Assembly (NCBI GenBank): GCA_947470885.1 | Contig: CANIXE010000001.1 | Span: 1 to 37,824 of the forward strand | Direction of reading: 5' to 3' | From: Planctomycetota bacterium | GTDB taxonomy: Bacteria; Planctomycetota; UBA11346 | Length of the DNA: 37,824 nt | Part shown: positions 1 through 9,225 of the stretch, in pieces | Layout of the letters: each line of letters begins with the position of its first letter | Numbering within the stretch: the stretch's first letter is position 1 | The notes under the pieces: model-generated | Database searches by the model: none | The model's input: only the letters and a program-made list of their open reading frames with translations | Told to the model about the DNA's origin: nothing | Translations under genes and position numbers: made by a program

Positions 1-1
1 C

Positions 2-1195
2 GGGTTGGCTGGATTGTCATGTGCTTTGCAACTCCAGGAGGCCGGTCGTCCGGTGCAGATCCTGGAAGCTTCGGACGGCGTCGGCGGCCGGGTGCGCAGT
101 GACCGGATCGGTGACTGCACCGTGGACCGGGGATTCCAGATCCTCCTCACCGCGTTTCCCGAGGTCCGTCGCCTGGGCCTGGATCTGCTGCCCCAGGGTC
201 AGTTCACCCCGGGCGCCCTGGTCCGCCGCCAGGGCTGGTGGCCCCTGGAAGATCCGGCCCGGCGGCCCGAGGCGCTTCTGGCCAATCTCCGGGGTCCCGG
301 CTCCATCAAAGAAAAAATCGGCGTTCTCGCCCTGCGCCAACGCCTGATGACCGGCCAGGCCGAAGCCCTGCTGGAGGGCGAGGACCGTTCGGTGGCCAGC
401 GTCCTGGACGACCTGGGGCTCACCGGCGAGTTGCGGGATGGATTTCTGCGCCCGTGGTTTGGTGGCATTCTGCTGGATGAGGACCTAAGCGCCTCCTGGC
501 GGATGTTCGCCTATTATTTTCGGATGCTGGCCACCGGCCATGCCGCCCTGCCCCACGGGGGCATCGGCACCCTCAGCACCACCCTGGCGGCCCGCCTGGC
601 CCCGGGCACCATCCGCCTGAATACCCGGGTGGTGGCCGTCGAAGGCTCTTCGGTGGTCCTGGATGATGGTTCCCGGGTGGCGGGATCCGCGGTGGTGGTG
701 GCCACCGAAGCCCCCGCTGCCCACCGCCTGCTGGGCGAGAAGTTGCCGCCCCCCGCCCGGGGCAAAACCGTGCGTTCCCTGTGGTTCACCTTTGCTGGAG
801 AGCCCCCCGCCCGGGGAGACATGCTGATCCTCAATGGCGATCACAGCGGCCCCGCTCTGCATTTGGCCTTCCCCAGCGCCGTGGCCCAAGGCTATGCCCC
901 CGCCGGCTCCAGCGTGGCGGTGGCCACGGTTCTGGGGGATGGCCCAGATCCGGAAGCCGAAGTCCGCCTGCAGCTCCATACCTGGTTTGGTCCCACGGTG
1001 GAAAGCTGGCGGCTGCTGGTGTCTCAGCGCATCATCCACGCCCAGCCCCGCCAGGATCCCGGGGATCAGCCCCGGGGAGAACGGACGACGCTGCTGGCCA
1101 CTGGCCTGGCGGTTTGCGGCGACCACCGGGCCCAGGGGTCCCTGCAAGGTGCCCTGGCCAGCGGCCGGCGGGCGGCCCTGGCTCTCTTGAGCTAG
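2..1195 (+). CDS. FAD/NAD(P)-binding amine-oxidase / phytoene-desaturase-like oxidoreductase (5' end runs off the window)
   Basis: The ORF is open to the window start. It has an N-terminal dinucleotide-binding region (AGLSCALQLQEAGRPVQILEASDGVGGR) and a C-terminal GDHR..GSLQGALASG segment typical of flavin amine-oxidase-like enzymes. Its TAG stop (1193-1195) overlaps the convergent NUDIX stop (CTAG). Confidence 0.75.
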   Translation, partial: GLAGLSCALQLQEAGRPVQILEASDGVGGRVRSDRIGDCTVDRGFQILLTAFPEVRRLGLDLLPQGQFTPGALVRRQGWWPLEDPARRPEALLANLRGPGSIKEKIGVLALRQRLMTGQAEALLEGEDRSVASVLDDLGLTGELRDGFLRPWFGGILLDEDLSASWRMFAYYFRMLATGHAALPHGGIGTLSTTLAARLAPGTIRLNTRVVAVEGSSVVLDDGSRVAGSAVVVATEAPAAHRLLGEKLPPPARGKTVRSLWFTFAGEPPARGDMLILNGDHSGPALHLAFPSAVAQGYAPAGSSVAVATVLGDGPDPEAEVRLQLHTWFGPTVESWRLLVSQRIIHAQPRQDPGDQPRGERTTLLATGLAVCGDHRAQGSLQGALASGRRAALALLS

Positions 1196-1608
1196 GGATT
1201 CGCCACGAGATCCACCTGGTCGTGTCCGGCCTGCCAGGCGGCCAGCACCCGGACATGCCACGAGCTGACCGGCAAACCCGGCAGGGCCGGCAGGGGAACC
1301 CGAATCAACGCGAAGCCCGGTTCCACCCGGAGATGGACGGATTCCGGCAATTGCGCCTGGAAAAACCGGGCAATCCAGCGGTCCCCCTTCACCAGATCCA
1401 CCGCCGGGACGAAGGATTCCGGCCGCCACGCAAGTTCCTCCGCAAGTTCCCGGACCAGGCATTCCTCGGCGTTTTCCCCGGGTTCTCGTTTACCCCCGAA
1501 GCAGGTCAGCTGCTCTGGGGCGTGGCGGACCCCGGGCGGGCGCAGTTGGAGCGCCAGACGGCCCCGGTGGTCCACCAGGATGGCGCAGGCATGTTCCGGT
1601 GCGGCCAT
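1192..1608 (-). CDS. NUDIX hydrolase
   Basis: 138-aa ORF with a canonical Nudix box (GGKREPGENAEECLVRELAEEL). ATG at 1608. Confidence 0.85.
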   Translation of the reverse strand: MAAPEHACAILVDHRGRLALQLRPPGVRHAPEQLTCFGGKREPGENAEECLVRELAEELAWRPESFVPAVDLVKGDRWIARFFQAQLPESVHLRVEPGFALIRVPLPALPGLPVSSWHVRVLAAWQAGHDQVDLVANP

Positions 1609-1665
1609 GCCCGAGCCTCAGGCCTGGATGCCGTTGGTCCACAACCGGGCTTTCGTTAAATCGAT

Positions 1666-1697
1666 CTTTCAGACGACCGGACGACCGGACGTTGAAG
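1666..1697 (-). repeat. Arm-only fragment (copy D) of the structured intergenic repeat family
   Basis: GACGACCGGACGACCGGAC (1672-1690) is identical to the 19-nt arm at 32657-32675. Its flanks, CTTTCA / GTTGAAG, resemble the CTTCAATGA / TCATTGA flanks of copy A. It lies in the divergent NUDIX / methyltransferase intergenic region. Confidence 0.5.
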
Positions 1698-1740
1698 CGG
1701 ACAGGCTTGACCTGGAGCAAACGCCCGTGGCAATGCAGCG

Positions 1741-2517
1741 ATGACCGGAAATGCCGCCCAGCAACACGACCTCAACCCCACCGCTGCCGCCCAGGTGGTC
1801 CGCCATGCCGGGTTGCGCCAGGGGGACACGGTGCTGGAAGTGGGCGCCGGTACCGGAGCGCTGACCGCCCCCCTGCTGGCGGGTGGAGCCACGGTGATCG
1901 CCGTGGAACGGGATCTCAACCGGGTGGCCAAGTTGGAAAAACGCTTCGCCAGCCAGATCGCCGCCGGGCAGTTGATCCTCCATGCCGGAGACGTGTTGAA
2001 GCTGCCCCTGGCCCTGCCCGCCACCTGGACGGTGATTGCTAATCCTCCATTCAACCTCACCGCCGATCTGGTCCGAGCCTGGCTGCTGGCGGCGAAACCG
2101 CCCCACGCCATCACCCTGGTCCTGCAAGCCGAAGCCGCCCGCAAGCTCACCGGCGCCCCGGGGATGCACACCCGATCCAGCGCTTTAGCGGCCCTCGCCG
2201 GGCGCACCGGCATCGCCGCGGAAATCCCCCGGGATGCCACCTCGCCCCCCAGCCGGGTGGACCTGGCCCTGTGGTCGTTCCGCCGGCATCCCCAGGCCAA
2301 GCCCGCGGATCTGGTGCTGGTGGATCGCCTGCTGACCGTGGCCTTCGCCGGGCCCCACACCGTCCAGGACGCCCTGCGGGGGATCGCCAGCAGCATTCAG
2401 CTACGCCGTCAGGGCGCGGAGAATCACTGGCAACCCACCGCCCATCCCCGGGAAATCCCGCCGCCCGCCTGGCTGCCCCTGGCCAAACTACTCCACCTCT
2501 GCGGAAAACTGCCGTGA
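1741..2517 (+). CDS. Class I SAM-dependent methyltransferase, rRNA adenine N6-methyltransferase (KsgA/Erm, RrnaAD)-like
   Basis: 258-aa ORF with QQHDL..GDTVLEVGAGTGALT (SAM-binding), VERD, and IANPPF motifs arranged as in the RrnaAD family. Confidence 0.7.
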   Translation: MTGNAAQQHDLNPTAAAQVVRHAGLRQGDTVLEVGAGTGALTAPLLAGGATVIAVERDLNRVAKLEKRFASQIAAGQLILHAGDVLKLPLALPATWTVIANPPFNLTADLVRAWLLAAKPPHAITLVLQAEAARKLTGAPGMHTRSSALAALAGRTGIAAEIPRDATSPPSRVDLALWSFRRHPQAKPADLVLVDRLLTVAFAGPHTVQDALRGIASSIQLRRQGAENHWQPTAHPREIPPPAWLPLAKLLHLCGKLP

Positions 2518-3881
2518 GCGGAACTCAGAACGAGGTCACTCCAGAGACGGCAACCCCGATCCCCGCCTCCACCAGCTACGGGGCCCTGGCGGAGGCCACG
2601 GCGCGCATGCTCACCACCCGCTACGTCCTGGCCCTCCTGGCTTCGGCGGTGGTGGCCGGCCTGGGCCAGGTGCTGGTCCAGGTTTCCCTGTCGGCCCAGG
2701 CCCACGACGCCCGGATCATCAATATCGCCGGGCGCCAGCGCATGCTCAGCCAGCAGATGGTGAAGGACGTCCTGGCCATCGACCATGTGGCGGCCGCCGA
2801 AGCTGAAGAATTGCGCCAGGGCATCCGGGTCGAACTCACCAACTGGACCCGGATCCACCGGGGGCTCCAGATCGGGGATGCGACCTTGGGCCTGCCCGGG
2901 GGCAACACCCGGACGGTGATGCTCCGCTGGGAGGCCCTGGAACCCGCGTTCACCGACCTCCACCGGGAACTCACCGCCGCCCTCACCGGGCAGCCCCAGG
3001 ACCTGGCCGCCCTGCTGGCCAGCCAGCGCCGATTCCTGGTGGGCATGGAGGCGGTGGTGAACCAACTGGACGCGGAAAGCAGTCAACGGGTCCACTGGCT
3101 GCGTTGGATCGAGGCCGGGCTGTACCTGCTGCTGGTGCTGATCCTGGCGATTGAGGCCCTACTGGTGTTCCGCCCGGCGATCCACCGCCTGCGGGCCAGC
3201 CTGATCGCCCGGGAACGGGCGGAACGCCGGGCCATCGCCCACGAGGTCGAAGAAGCCGCCGGCCGCCTGCAGCGGCGGATCGGCCAGGATCTCCACGACG
3301 GCCTGGGCCAGGAACTCACCGGGGTCAGCTTCCAGGCCAAGGCCCTGGAACGTCGCCTCGCCGGCCAGCCCGAAGCCCAGAGCGCCGCCGAGATCGTCGC
3401 CCAGGTCCAGGTCTGCATCGCCACCACCCGCAACCTGGCTCGGCTTCTCCATCCCCCCAGCGCCGAGGTGGAATACCTGCCCAGCGCTCTGCGGGAATTG
3501 GCGGAAACCACCGCCCGGGTCTACGCCATCACCTGCACCTGCGACTGGGATGACGATCTGTCCCTCCCCGACATCCAGGACGCCGGAGAAACACCCCCGG
3601 GCGTCCATCTGTTCCGAATCGCCCAGGAGGCCATCAACAACGCCGCTCGCCATGGTCGGGCCAAATCCGTCCTCCTGACGGGCCGGGCCACTTCTTCCCG
3701 GGCCTTCCTCAGCATCGACGACGATGGGAACGGCTTCGATGTGGCCAGCCATGCCGATGGCATGGGCCTGCGGACCATGGCCCACCGCTGCGCGGCGATG
3801 GGCGCCACCCTGAGCATCAACCGACGGATGAACGGCGGGATGCGGGTGGAGGTCACTTGGCCGATGACACCGCCGGCGTGA
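2514..3881 (+). CDS. Sensor histidine kinase, NarX/PilJ-type periplasmic sensor with HisKA_3 and HATPase domains
   Basis: The GTG at 2514 overlaps the upstream stop (GTGA). The protein has a TM segment, a P-box-like INIAGRQRMLSQQMVKD, a second TM, the H-box HDGLGQELTG, and ATPase motifs EAINNAARHG, DDDGNGF and GMGLRTM. The part of the long ORF upstream of 2514 overlaps the methyltransferase gene and is treated as non-coding. Confidence 0.8.
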   Translation: MSGTQNEVTPETATPIPASTSYGALAEATARMLTTRYVLALLASAVVAGLGQVLVQVSLSAQAHDARIINIAGRQRMLSQQMVKDVLAIDHVAAAEAEELRQGIRVELTNWTRIHRGLQIGDATLGLPGGNTRTVMLRWEALEPAFTDLHRELTAALTGQPQDLAALLASQRRFLVGMEAVVNQLDAESSQRVHWLRWIEAGLYLLLVLILAIEALLVFRPAIHRLRASLIARERAERRAIAHEVEEAAGRLQRRIGQDLHDGLGQELTGVSFQAKALERRLAGQPEAQSAAEIVAQVQVCIATTRNLARLLHPPSAEVEYLPSALRELAETTARVYAITCTCDWDDDLSLPDIQDAGETPPGVHLFRIAQEAINNAARHGRAKSVLLTGRATSSRAFLSIDDDGNGFDVASHADGMGLRTMAHRCAAMGATLSINRRMNGGMRVEVTWPMTPPA

Positions 3882-5331
3882 TGACCGGGGTGAACGCCGG
3901 GATTTTGCCCAGGTCTAGGAACAAGGAGTTCTGACCCTTCGCATAGCTGGCTTCCGGCCCGGGTTTGACGGCCTGGATGCGATCTGCCGGAAGCATCGAG
4001 GTGGCCGCCGGGGCCGGATCGGTGGCGAGGCGGAACGCCGTGGCGGAACGCCGCTCATAGAGAATGCCCGGCAGCAGGGCGGTTGCCACCATCAGGACCT
4101 GGCATTCCCGGTCCAGTTGGGCGGCATCCTCGGGCAGATGCCCGCTGGCCCGCCAACCCACGATGAGCCGGGCTGCCAGGCGGCGGATGCGCTGGGCCTG
4201 TTCCGCCTGGACGGCGGTGATCGTGGTTTCCATTACGTTTGGTAGGGCCAACCGACTGATCACCCGCAACCGGGAGATATCCACTGATCCCAGTGAAATC
4301 GGGGTTCCCCCCGACCGGCAGTAGTCCTCGCTCGCCGCCATGGTTTTCAGCATGAAGGCCGCATCGTGGGGGGCGAGAAACCAGAGGGCGCGGAAGGACA
4401 ACCACTCGCCCATGGCGGTTAATCTGCTGGTTCCGCCCCCGAAGTACAATCCTGTGCCGGAGATGGTGCCCTGGAGCGTGTTCTGGACGTAGACACCGGT
4501 GAACAGCATCCGTTCACCAGCCCACGCCTCTGCCACTTCACCGCGGGCATTCATGGGGAGCGCCATCCACGGCTGGGGATCGACACCCCGGAGGATGGCC
4601 TCCAACCAGGCGTCGTCCCGAAGCTGCACCAAGGAAACATGGATCATCCCATCCATCAGGCTGGCCCCATGCCGGGTGGCATCCACCAGGGCATCCAGAT
4701 CCGCGAGGGCCGGCCTGGGATCGGCACTGGTCCGGGCCTCGGCCCCCAGGGCCACGGCAAGATTTCGCAACTGCAGCAAGCTGGGAGTGCGAACCGACAC
4801 CATGGTTGTCAACGAGGCGGTTTCGGGATGGCTCACATCCTCCTTCAACCACCCGATGACCGTCAGCCGCACTGGCCCGGCCTGGTGGAGGTCCCGCCAC
4901 GCCTGGCGTTTCACCGCAGATTCATCAAGGACGCGGAGGGTTTCCCGGTCCCGTTCTTGATGAAACCTAGCCTCCAGACATCGGGCCTCTAGTCCACTGA
5001 TGGGCTTGCTGGGAACCTTCCATTCCACGGCGCTGTGACTAAACAAACCCCAGGCCCGGGCCTGCTGGGTTCGGTCAACGATGGGCGCCTTGGCCAACAG
5101 ATCCACCAGAGTCACCCCCCGATCCTGCACGCGCAATTTCTGAACCTCGGCCTCCAGGACCCGCAAGCCTTCTTGGCGATAGGCCAATCCCAAAATGAAA
5201 CCCATGAGCCCCAGCAGAAGGACAACCATCAGTTGCCAGGCCCACCACGGCAGTCGATGAAATATGGTGGCAGGCCATGTTGTCGCAGCGAGGGATGGAG
5301 ACATGGGGAAACTGTGATTTATCGCCGGCAT
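3853..5331 (-). CDS. Hypothetical single-pass membrane-anchored protein
   Basis: 492-aa ORF with an N-terminal TM segment (WWAWQLMVVLLLGLMGFILGLAY) and high GC3 like neighbouring genes. I recognise no family. It overlaps the convergent kinase gene by 29 nt. Confidence 0.55.
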   Translation of the reverse strand: MPAINHSFPMSPSLAATTWPATIFHRLPWWAWQLMVVLLLGLMGFILGLAYRQEGLRVLEAEVQKLRVQDRGVTLVDLLAKAPIVDRTQQARAWGLFSHSAVEWKVPSKPISGLEARCLEARFHQERDRETLRVLDESAVKRQAWRDLHQAGPVRLTVIGWLKEDVSHPETASLTTMVSVRTPSLLQLRNLAVALGAEARTSADPRPALADLDALVDATRHGASLMDGMIHVSLVQLRDDAWLEAILRGVDPQPWMALPMNARGEVAEAWAGERMLFTGVYVQNTLQGTISGTGLYFGGGTSRLTAMGEWLSFRALWFLAPHDAAFMLKTMAASEDYCRSGGTPISLGSVDISRLRVISRLALPNVMETTITAVQAEQAQRIRRLAARLIVGWRASGHLPEDAAQLDRECQVLMVATALLPGILYERRSATAFRLATDPAPAATSMLPADRIQAVKPGPEASYAKGQNSLFLDLGKIPAFTPVITPAVSSAK

Positions 5332-5538
5332 TCAACAAGATGAATGATGCCCGCGTTATGCCCAGATGTGTACACAGGCCATGCAGTCGCCATTGCCAGG
5401 TCCCATACTTCGCCGTTTCGTTCGTATTATTCGTTCCAAATCAGTCGTTTTCCCCGTGATATTGCGGATTTTATGAAGATTCCATGAACAGAAAGGGCAC
5501 ATTGCCGTGTTCATACCAGGAACGTAATCTGCACCGCA

Positions 5539-7836
5539 ATGTCCCCAGCCTCTGATTCTTCCCTCAAAAAAGCGCAACGCCGGTGGAAACTTCCTGGAAT
5601 TCGTGTCCAGGTCTTGATCCCCGTGAGCTTAGTGGCCCTATCTGCCGGCTCGTTGGCCTATAGCGGACTTACCGGTCTGGCCCAGAACGCATCCCACCTC
5701 GACCATCTCCATGGTGAAATCGACCATTTGGCGGAGCAAATCACCGGCTTGGACGAAGCCGTCCGCCTCGCCAATGCCCGGACCCAGGAATTGGGCTCCC
5801 TGGGTGCAGAACTGGGCAAGACCGCCGGAGATTTGAATGGGCAGATCAGCGGAGCCCTGGCCAATGCGGAATCTGAACGCCTACAAGCCGTGGCCGCCCT
5901 CGCGGAAAGCGCCCTACGCCTGCTGGATCATCAAGGTGAACTCCTGGCTGGGATTGTCCGGGCTGAAGCTCCACGACTGACGCCCACTGAAACGCCCGCC
6001 GTCTTTGCCGAGGCCCACTCCCTTTCCGGGGCCGATCTGGGATTCACTCTGCGCCAGACCTCGGCAGGAAACTGGACGCTCCAGAACGCCACCGCAACGG
6101 ACCAGAACGGCCGAAACTTGCCGGGAAATCCGTTGATAGATAAAGCACTGGCGAAGTCCTGCAGTTCCGGATTGCTCCTGCTAGATGACCGTTTGGTCCT
6201 CGCCGGGATGGCGAAATTGCCACCGGGAACAGAACCCATCGTGATGGTCTCGGTGAAACCCATCAGCACGGCGACCATCCGGGAACTGGGCAATGATCTG
6301 TGGGTGGAGGCGATGGCCTGGCGCTATGCCGGAGGCACCTGGAGCAATCTGGCCAGCACCCTGGCCTTGGCGCCGGAGGATCTCGTTCTTCCCGGGGATG
6401 TCGCCGGGGAATTGCTCCGGCGCCAGGGAACGGCGGACCCCAAGAATCTGTATGGATCTGGACGGGCATTGGTTCGCACCACCCGAACAATCACCCTGGG
6501 AAAACGCACATACCTGGCGGCCTACCAAGGTCTGGTGGATCCCGCCGGGAACCTGGTGGGAGCCCTGTTGGTGGCCCGGGATGCCACGGCCATGGGCAAA
6601 CGGGCCGCCCTGATCAAGACCCGTACCGCCCAGGCGACGGAACAGATCACCGCCCTCGATGGCCACCGCAAAAAGGTGGATGAGGCAGCGCGGAAAAGCG
6701 CCCAGGACTCCGCCGTGCTCGCGTCTGGGGCCGTGGCCACCCGACAACGGGTCAGTGAACGCCTGGGCCAGGCCGCCCGGGCCGCATCCGCAACCCGCCT
6801 GTGGATCTGGTTGGGGGTTGCCGGTGCCGTGGTAATTTCCCTGCTGGCCGTGTTTATCGCCCAGCGACTGATCGCCCAGCCTCTGCGGCGGACGGCTCGG
6901 GCGTTGACCGACATCGGCCAGGGAACCGGGAATCTGGGCGTGCGCCTGGATGCCAGCCGGGGCGACGAACTCGGACAGATTGCGGGCGGATTCAATGCCT
7001 TCGTCAGCCGACTGGGGGGAATCATTGCCGGACTGGGGGGCACCGCCAGAACCCTGGAATCCTCTGCCCATGCCCTCGAAAGCCAAGCCACCGGCATGGC
7101 CACTTCGGCGGGAAATACCGCTTCCGAGGCGGCCCGGATCCGCAGCGCCTCGATGGCGATGTCCGAACGCACCACCCAGGTCGCGGCCAGCGCCGAAGAA
7201 CTCAGCGCTTCCGTGGGGGAGATCGCCCAAAGCGCCACCGAGGCCGCCCGGGTCGCCCGCCAAGCGGTGGGGGATGCCGACCAGGCCACCGTGGTGATCA
7301 CGGAACTGGGACGCAGCACTCAGCAGATTGCCGACCTGGTGAATCAGATCACGTCCTTGGCCAAACAGACCAATTTATTGGCCCTGAACGCGACCATCGA
7401 GGCTGCCCGGGCCGGCGATGCGGGCCGTGGATTCGCCGTGGTCGCCCAGGAAGTGAAAACCCTTGCCCATGGGGTCCAGGGCATCGCCGGGGACATTGCG
7501 ACCCTGGCCAACACCATGCATAGCAACACCGCGGCCGCAGAATCCAGCATCGCCCGGATCACCGCCGTCGTCCAAAAAGTGGACGAGCACCAGGGGTCGA
7601 TTTCCGCCGCCGTGGAGGAACAAACCACGGTGGTCGCCGAAGTGACCCGGGATGTCCAGCTGGTGGCCCAGCAGTGCGAGGACATCGCCCAGGCAATTGC
7701 CCAAGTCGATACCGCGGCCCAATCCACGGGGCAGGTCGCGGCCGACACTAAACAGTCGGTGAGCGAGTTACTGACCCTGGCCCGGGGCCTGCGCCAGGTG
7801 GTCGGCCAATTCAAGGCCGACACCCCCAGACCTTGA
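5539..7836 (+). CDS. Methyl-accepting chemotaxis protein
   Basis: 765-aa ORF with an N-terminal TM, a large periplasmic region, a second TM, a HAMP-like segment, and the highly conserved MCP signalling hairpin ([31 protein letters not shown]). Confidence 0.9.
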   Translation: MSPASDSSLKKAQRRWKLPGIRVQVLIPVSLVALSAGSLAYSGLTGLAQNASHLDHLHGEIDHLAEQITGLDEAVRLANARTQELGSLGAELGKTAGDLNGQISGALANAESERLQAVAALAESALRLLDHQGELLAGIVRAEAPRLTPTETPAVFAEAHSLSGADLGFTLRQTSAGNWTLQNATATDQNGRNLPGNPLIDKALAKSCSSGLLLLDDRLVLAGMAKLPPGTEPIVMVSVKPISTATIRELGNDLWVEAMAWRYAGGTWSNLASTLALAPEDLVLPGDVAGELLRRQGTADPKNLYGSGRALVRTTRTITLGKRTYLAAYQGLVDPAGNLVGALLVARDATAMGKRAALIKTRTAQATEQITALDGHRKKVDEAARKSAQDSAVLASGAVATRQRVSERLGQAARAASATRLWIWLGVAGAVVISLLAVFIAQRLIAQPLRRTARALTDIGQGTGNLGVRLDASRGDELGQIAGGFNAFVSRLGGIIAGLGGTARTLESSAHALESQATGMATSAGNTASEAARIRSASMAMSERTTQVAASAEELSASVGEIAQSATEAARVARQAVGDADQATVVITELGRSTQQIADLVNQITSLAKQTNLLALNATIEAARAGDAGRGFAVVAQEVKTLAHGVQGIAGDIATLANTMHSNTAAAESSIARITAVVQKVDEHQGSISAAVEEQTTVVAEVTRDVQLVAQQCEDIAQAIAQVDTAAQSTGQVAADTKQSVSELLTLARGLRQVVGQFKADTPRP

Positions 7837-7860
7837 ATCCGGATTTTCGGTCCAGACCCC

Positions 7861-9123
7861 TCAATCCCCGAAACAGGTCCCCACCAGACGAGCTGACTCC
7901 ACCATGGGATGCTTGGGGGGAACGAGCTTCAGCTGGCCGGCGACTTCTTGCAGGGGCACTGGCACGCACTGGTTGCCCTTCACCGCCACCATCACCCCAT
8001 AGCGACCTTCCGCGAGAAGACGGGCGGCGGTGGTGCCCAGCTGGGTGCACAGCAGGCGGTCGGTGGCCGTGGGACTGCCACCCCGCTGGACGTGACCCAG
8101 GGTGGTGACCCGGGCCTCGGTGCCGGTGAGACGCTGGATCGTCCGGGCCAGGCGGCTGGCCTTTGGTTCCTGGACGGTGTGGTAGGTCATCTCCACCGCC
8201 GCCCCGGTACCCCGCTTGATCATCACCGTTTCGGTGGGGGCGAGGATGTCCTCGTCGGCGTCCTCCTTGGTGTGCTTGTCCTCCTTGGAGTGTTTGTCCT
8301 CCTTGCGGGCCTTGTCCTCTTTACGTTCCCGTTCGTGGCGATCCTTGTCCTTGTCCTTCTTGTGCCTTTTCTCGGACTTGCGCCGCTCCTCGGCGGCGAC
8401 TTCCTCCCGGCTCATCGCTCCTTCGGCGACGGCGATGATGGAGAAGCGTTTGCCGTGGCGGCTGCGGTTCAGGAAGTGGCTGGCCACCACCTGGGCGTCG
8501 TAGGGAATCTCGGGGATGAGAATGGCGTCGGCGCCGCCGGCACTCCCGGCCCCCAGGGTCAGCCAGCCAGCGCGATTGCCCATGATCTCCACGACGATCA
8601 CCCGCTGGTGGCTGGTGGCGGTGGTGTGCAGACGGTCGATGGCCTCGGTGGCGATGCTCAGGGCGGTATCGTAGCCGAACGTCAGGTCGGTGTTCAAAAT
8701 GTCGTTGTCGATGGTCTTGGGCAGGGTCAGGACGTTCAGCCCGGCCTCCCGCAGGCGGTTGGCGTTCTTCTGGGTACCGGCGCCACCAAGGCAGACCAGA
8801 CAGTCCAGCTGCATCCGCTTGGCGTTTTCCACGGCCACCGCCGTCATATCGCTGACCTTGCCCCCCATGCTCATCTTGTGGGGCTTGTCCCGGCTGGTGC
8901 CCAGGAAGGTCCCACCCTGGGTCAAGATTCCGCTGACCGCCCGGTCATCGAGGATGATCGTGCGGTTTTCCACGAGGCCCCGGAACCCATCCTGGATCCC
9001 GATGCACTTCATGCCGTATTCCCCCAAGGCCGCCTTGACCACCCCGCGGATCGCTGAATTCAGGCCCGGGCAATCGCCGCCGGCGGTGAGGATGCCGATG
9101 CACTTGGTCTTGCTCTTGGACAT
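7861..9123 (-). CDS. pfkA: ATP-dependent 6-phosphofructokinase with a large charged insertion
   Basis: Starts MSKSKTKCIGILTAGGDCPGLNSAIRG, preceded by GGAG 6 nt upstream of the ATG at 9123. PFK motifs are present (IGGDGS-like LGGAGT, PKTIDND, MGNRAGW, GHVQRGG). The rest of the 884-aa track ORF upstream is GC-driven read-through. Confidence 0.9.
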   Translation of the reverse strand: MSKSKTKCIGILTAGGDCPGLNSAIRGVVKAALGEYGMKCIGIQDGFRGLVENRTIILDDRAVSGILTQGGTFLGTSRDKPHKMSMGGKVSDMTAVAVENAKRMQLDCLVCLGGAGTQKNANRLREAGLNVLTLPKTIDNDILNTDLTFGYDTALSIATEAIDRLHTTATSHQRVIVVEIMGNRAGWLTLGAGSAGGADAILIPEIPYDAQVVASHFLNRSRHGKRFSIIAVAEGAMSREEVAAEERRKSEKRHKKDKDKDRHERERKEDKARKEDKHSKEDKHTKEDADEDILAPTETVMIKRGTGAAVEMTYHTVQEPKASRLARTIQRLTGTEARVTTLGHVQRGGSPTATDRLLCTQLGTTAARLLAEGRYGVMVAVKGNQCVPVPLQEVAGQLKLVPPKHPMVESARLVGTCFGD

Positions 9124-9225
9124 GGTTGGCTCCGTGGCCGGCAGGGTAGCGCTCCGTCCGCACCGGGGAAGACGGCCGCCCTGTTTGCTTCCCTCGCCAT
9201 CGCTTGGCGGATAACCACGCCAGCC

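Noticed and set aside
485-1462. Long antisense or alternate-frame ORFs throughout the window. Examples are 485-1462, 1656-2396, 6181-7263, 13310-14530, 15361-17418, 17772-19652, 21279-22817 and 22949-24913.
   Set aside because: They overlap genes with clear family signatures on the other strand or frame. Their translations are Gly/Arg/Pro/Ala-rich with no recognisable motifs. This is the pattern expected from stop-codon depletion in >60% GC DNA.
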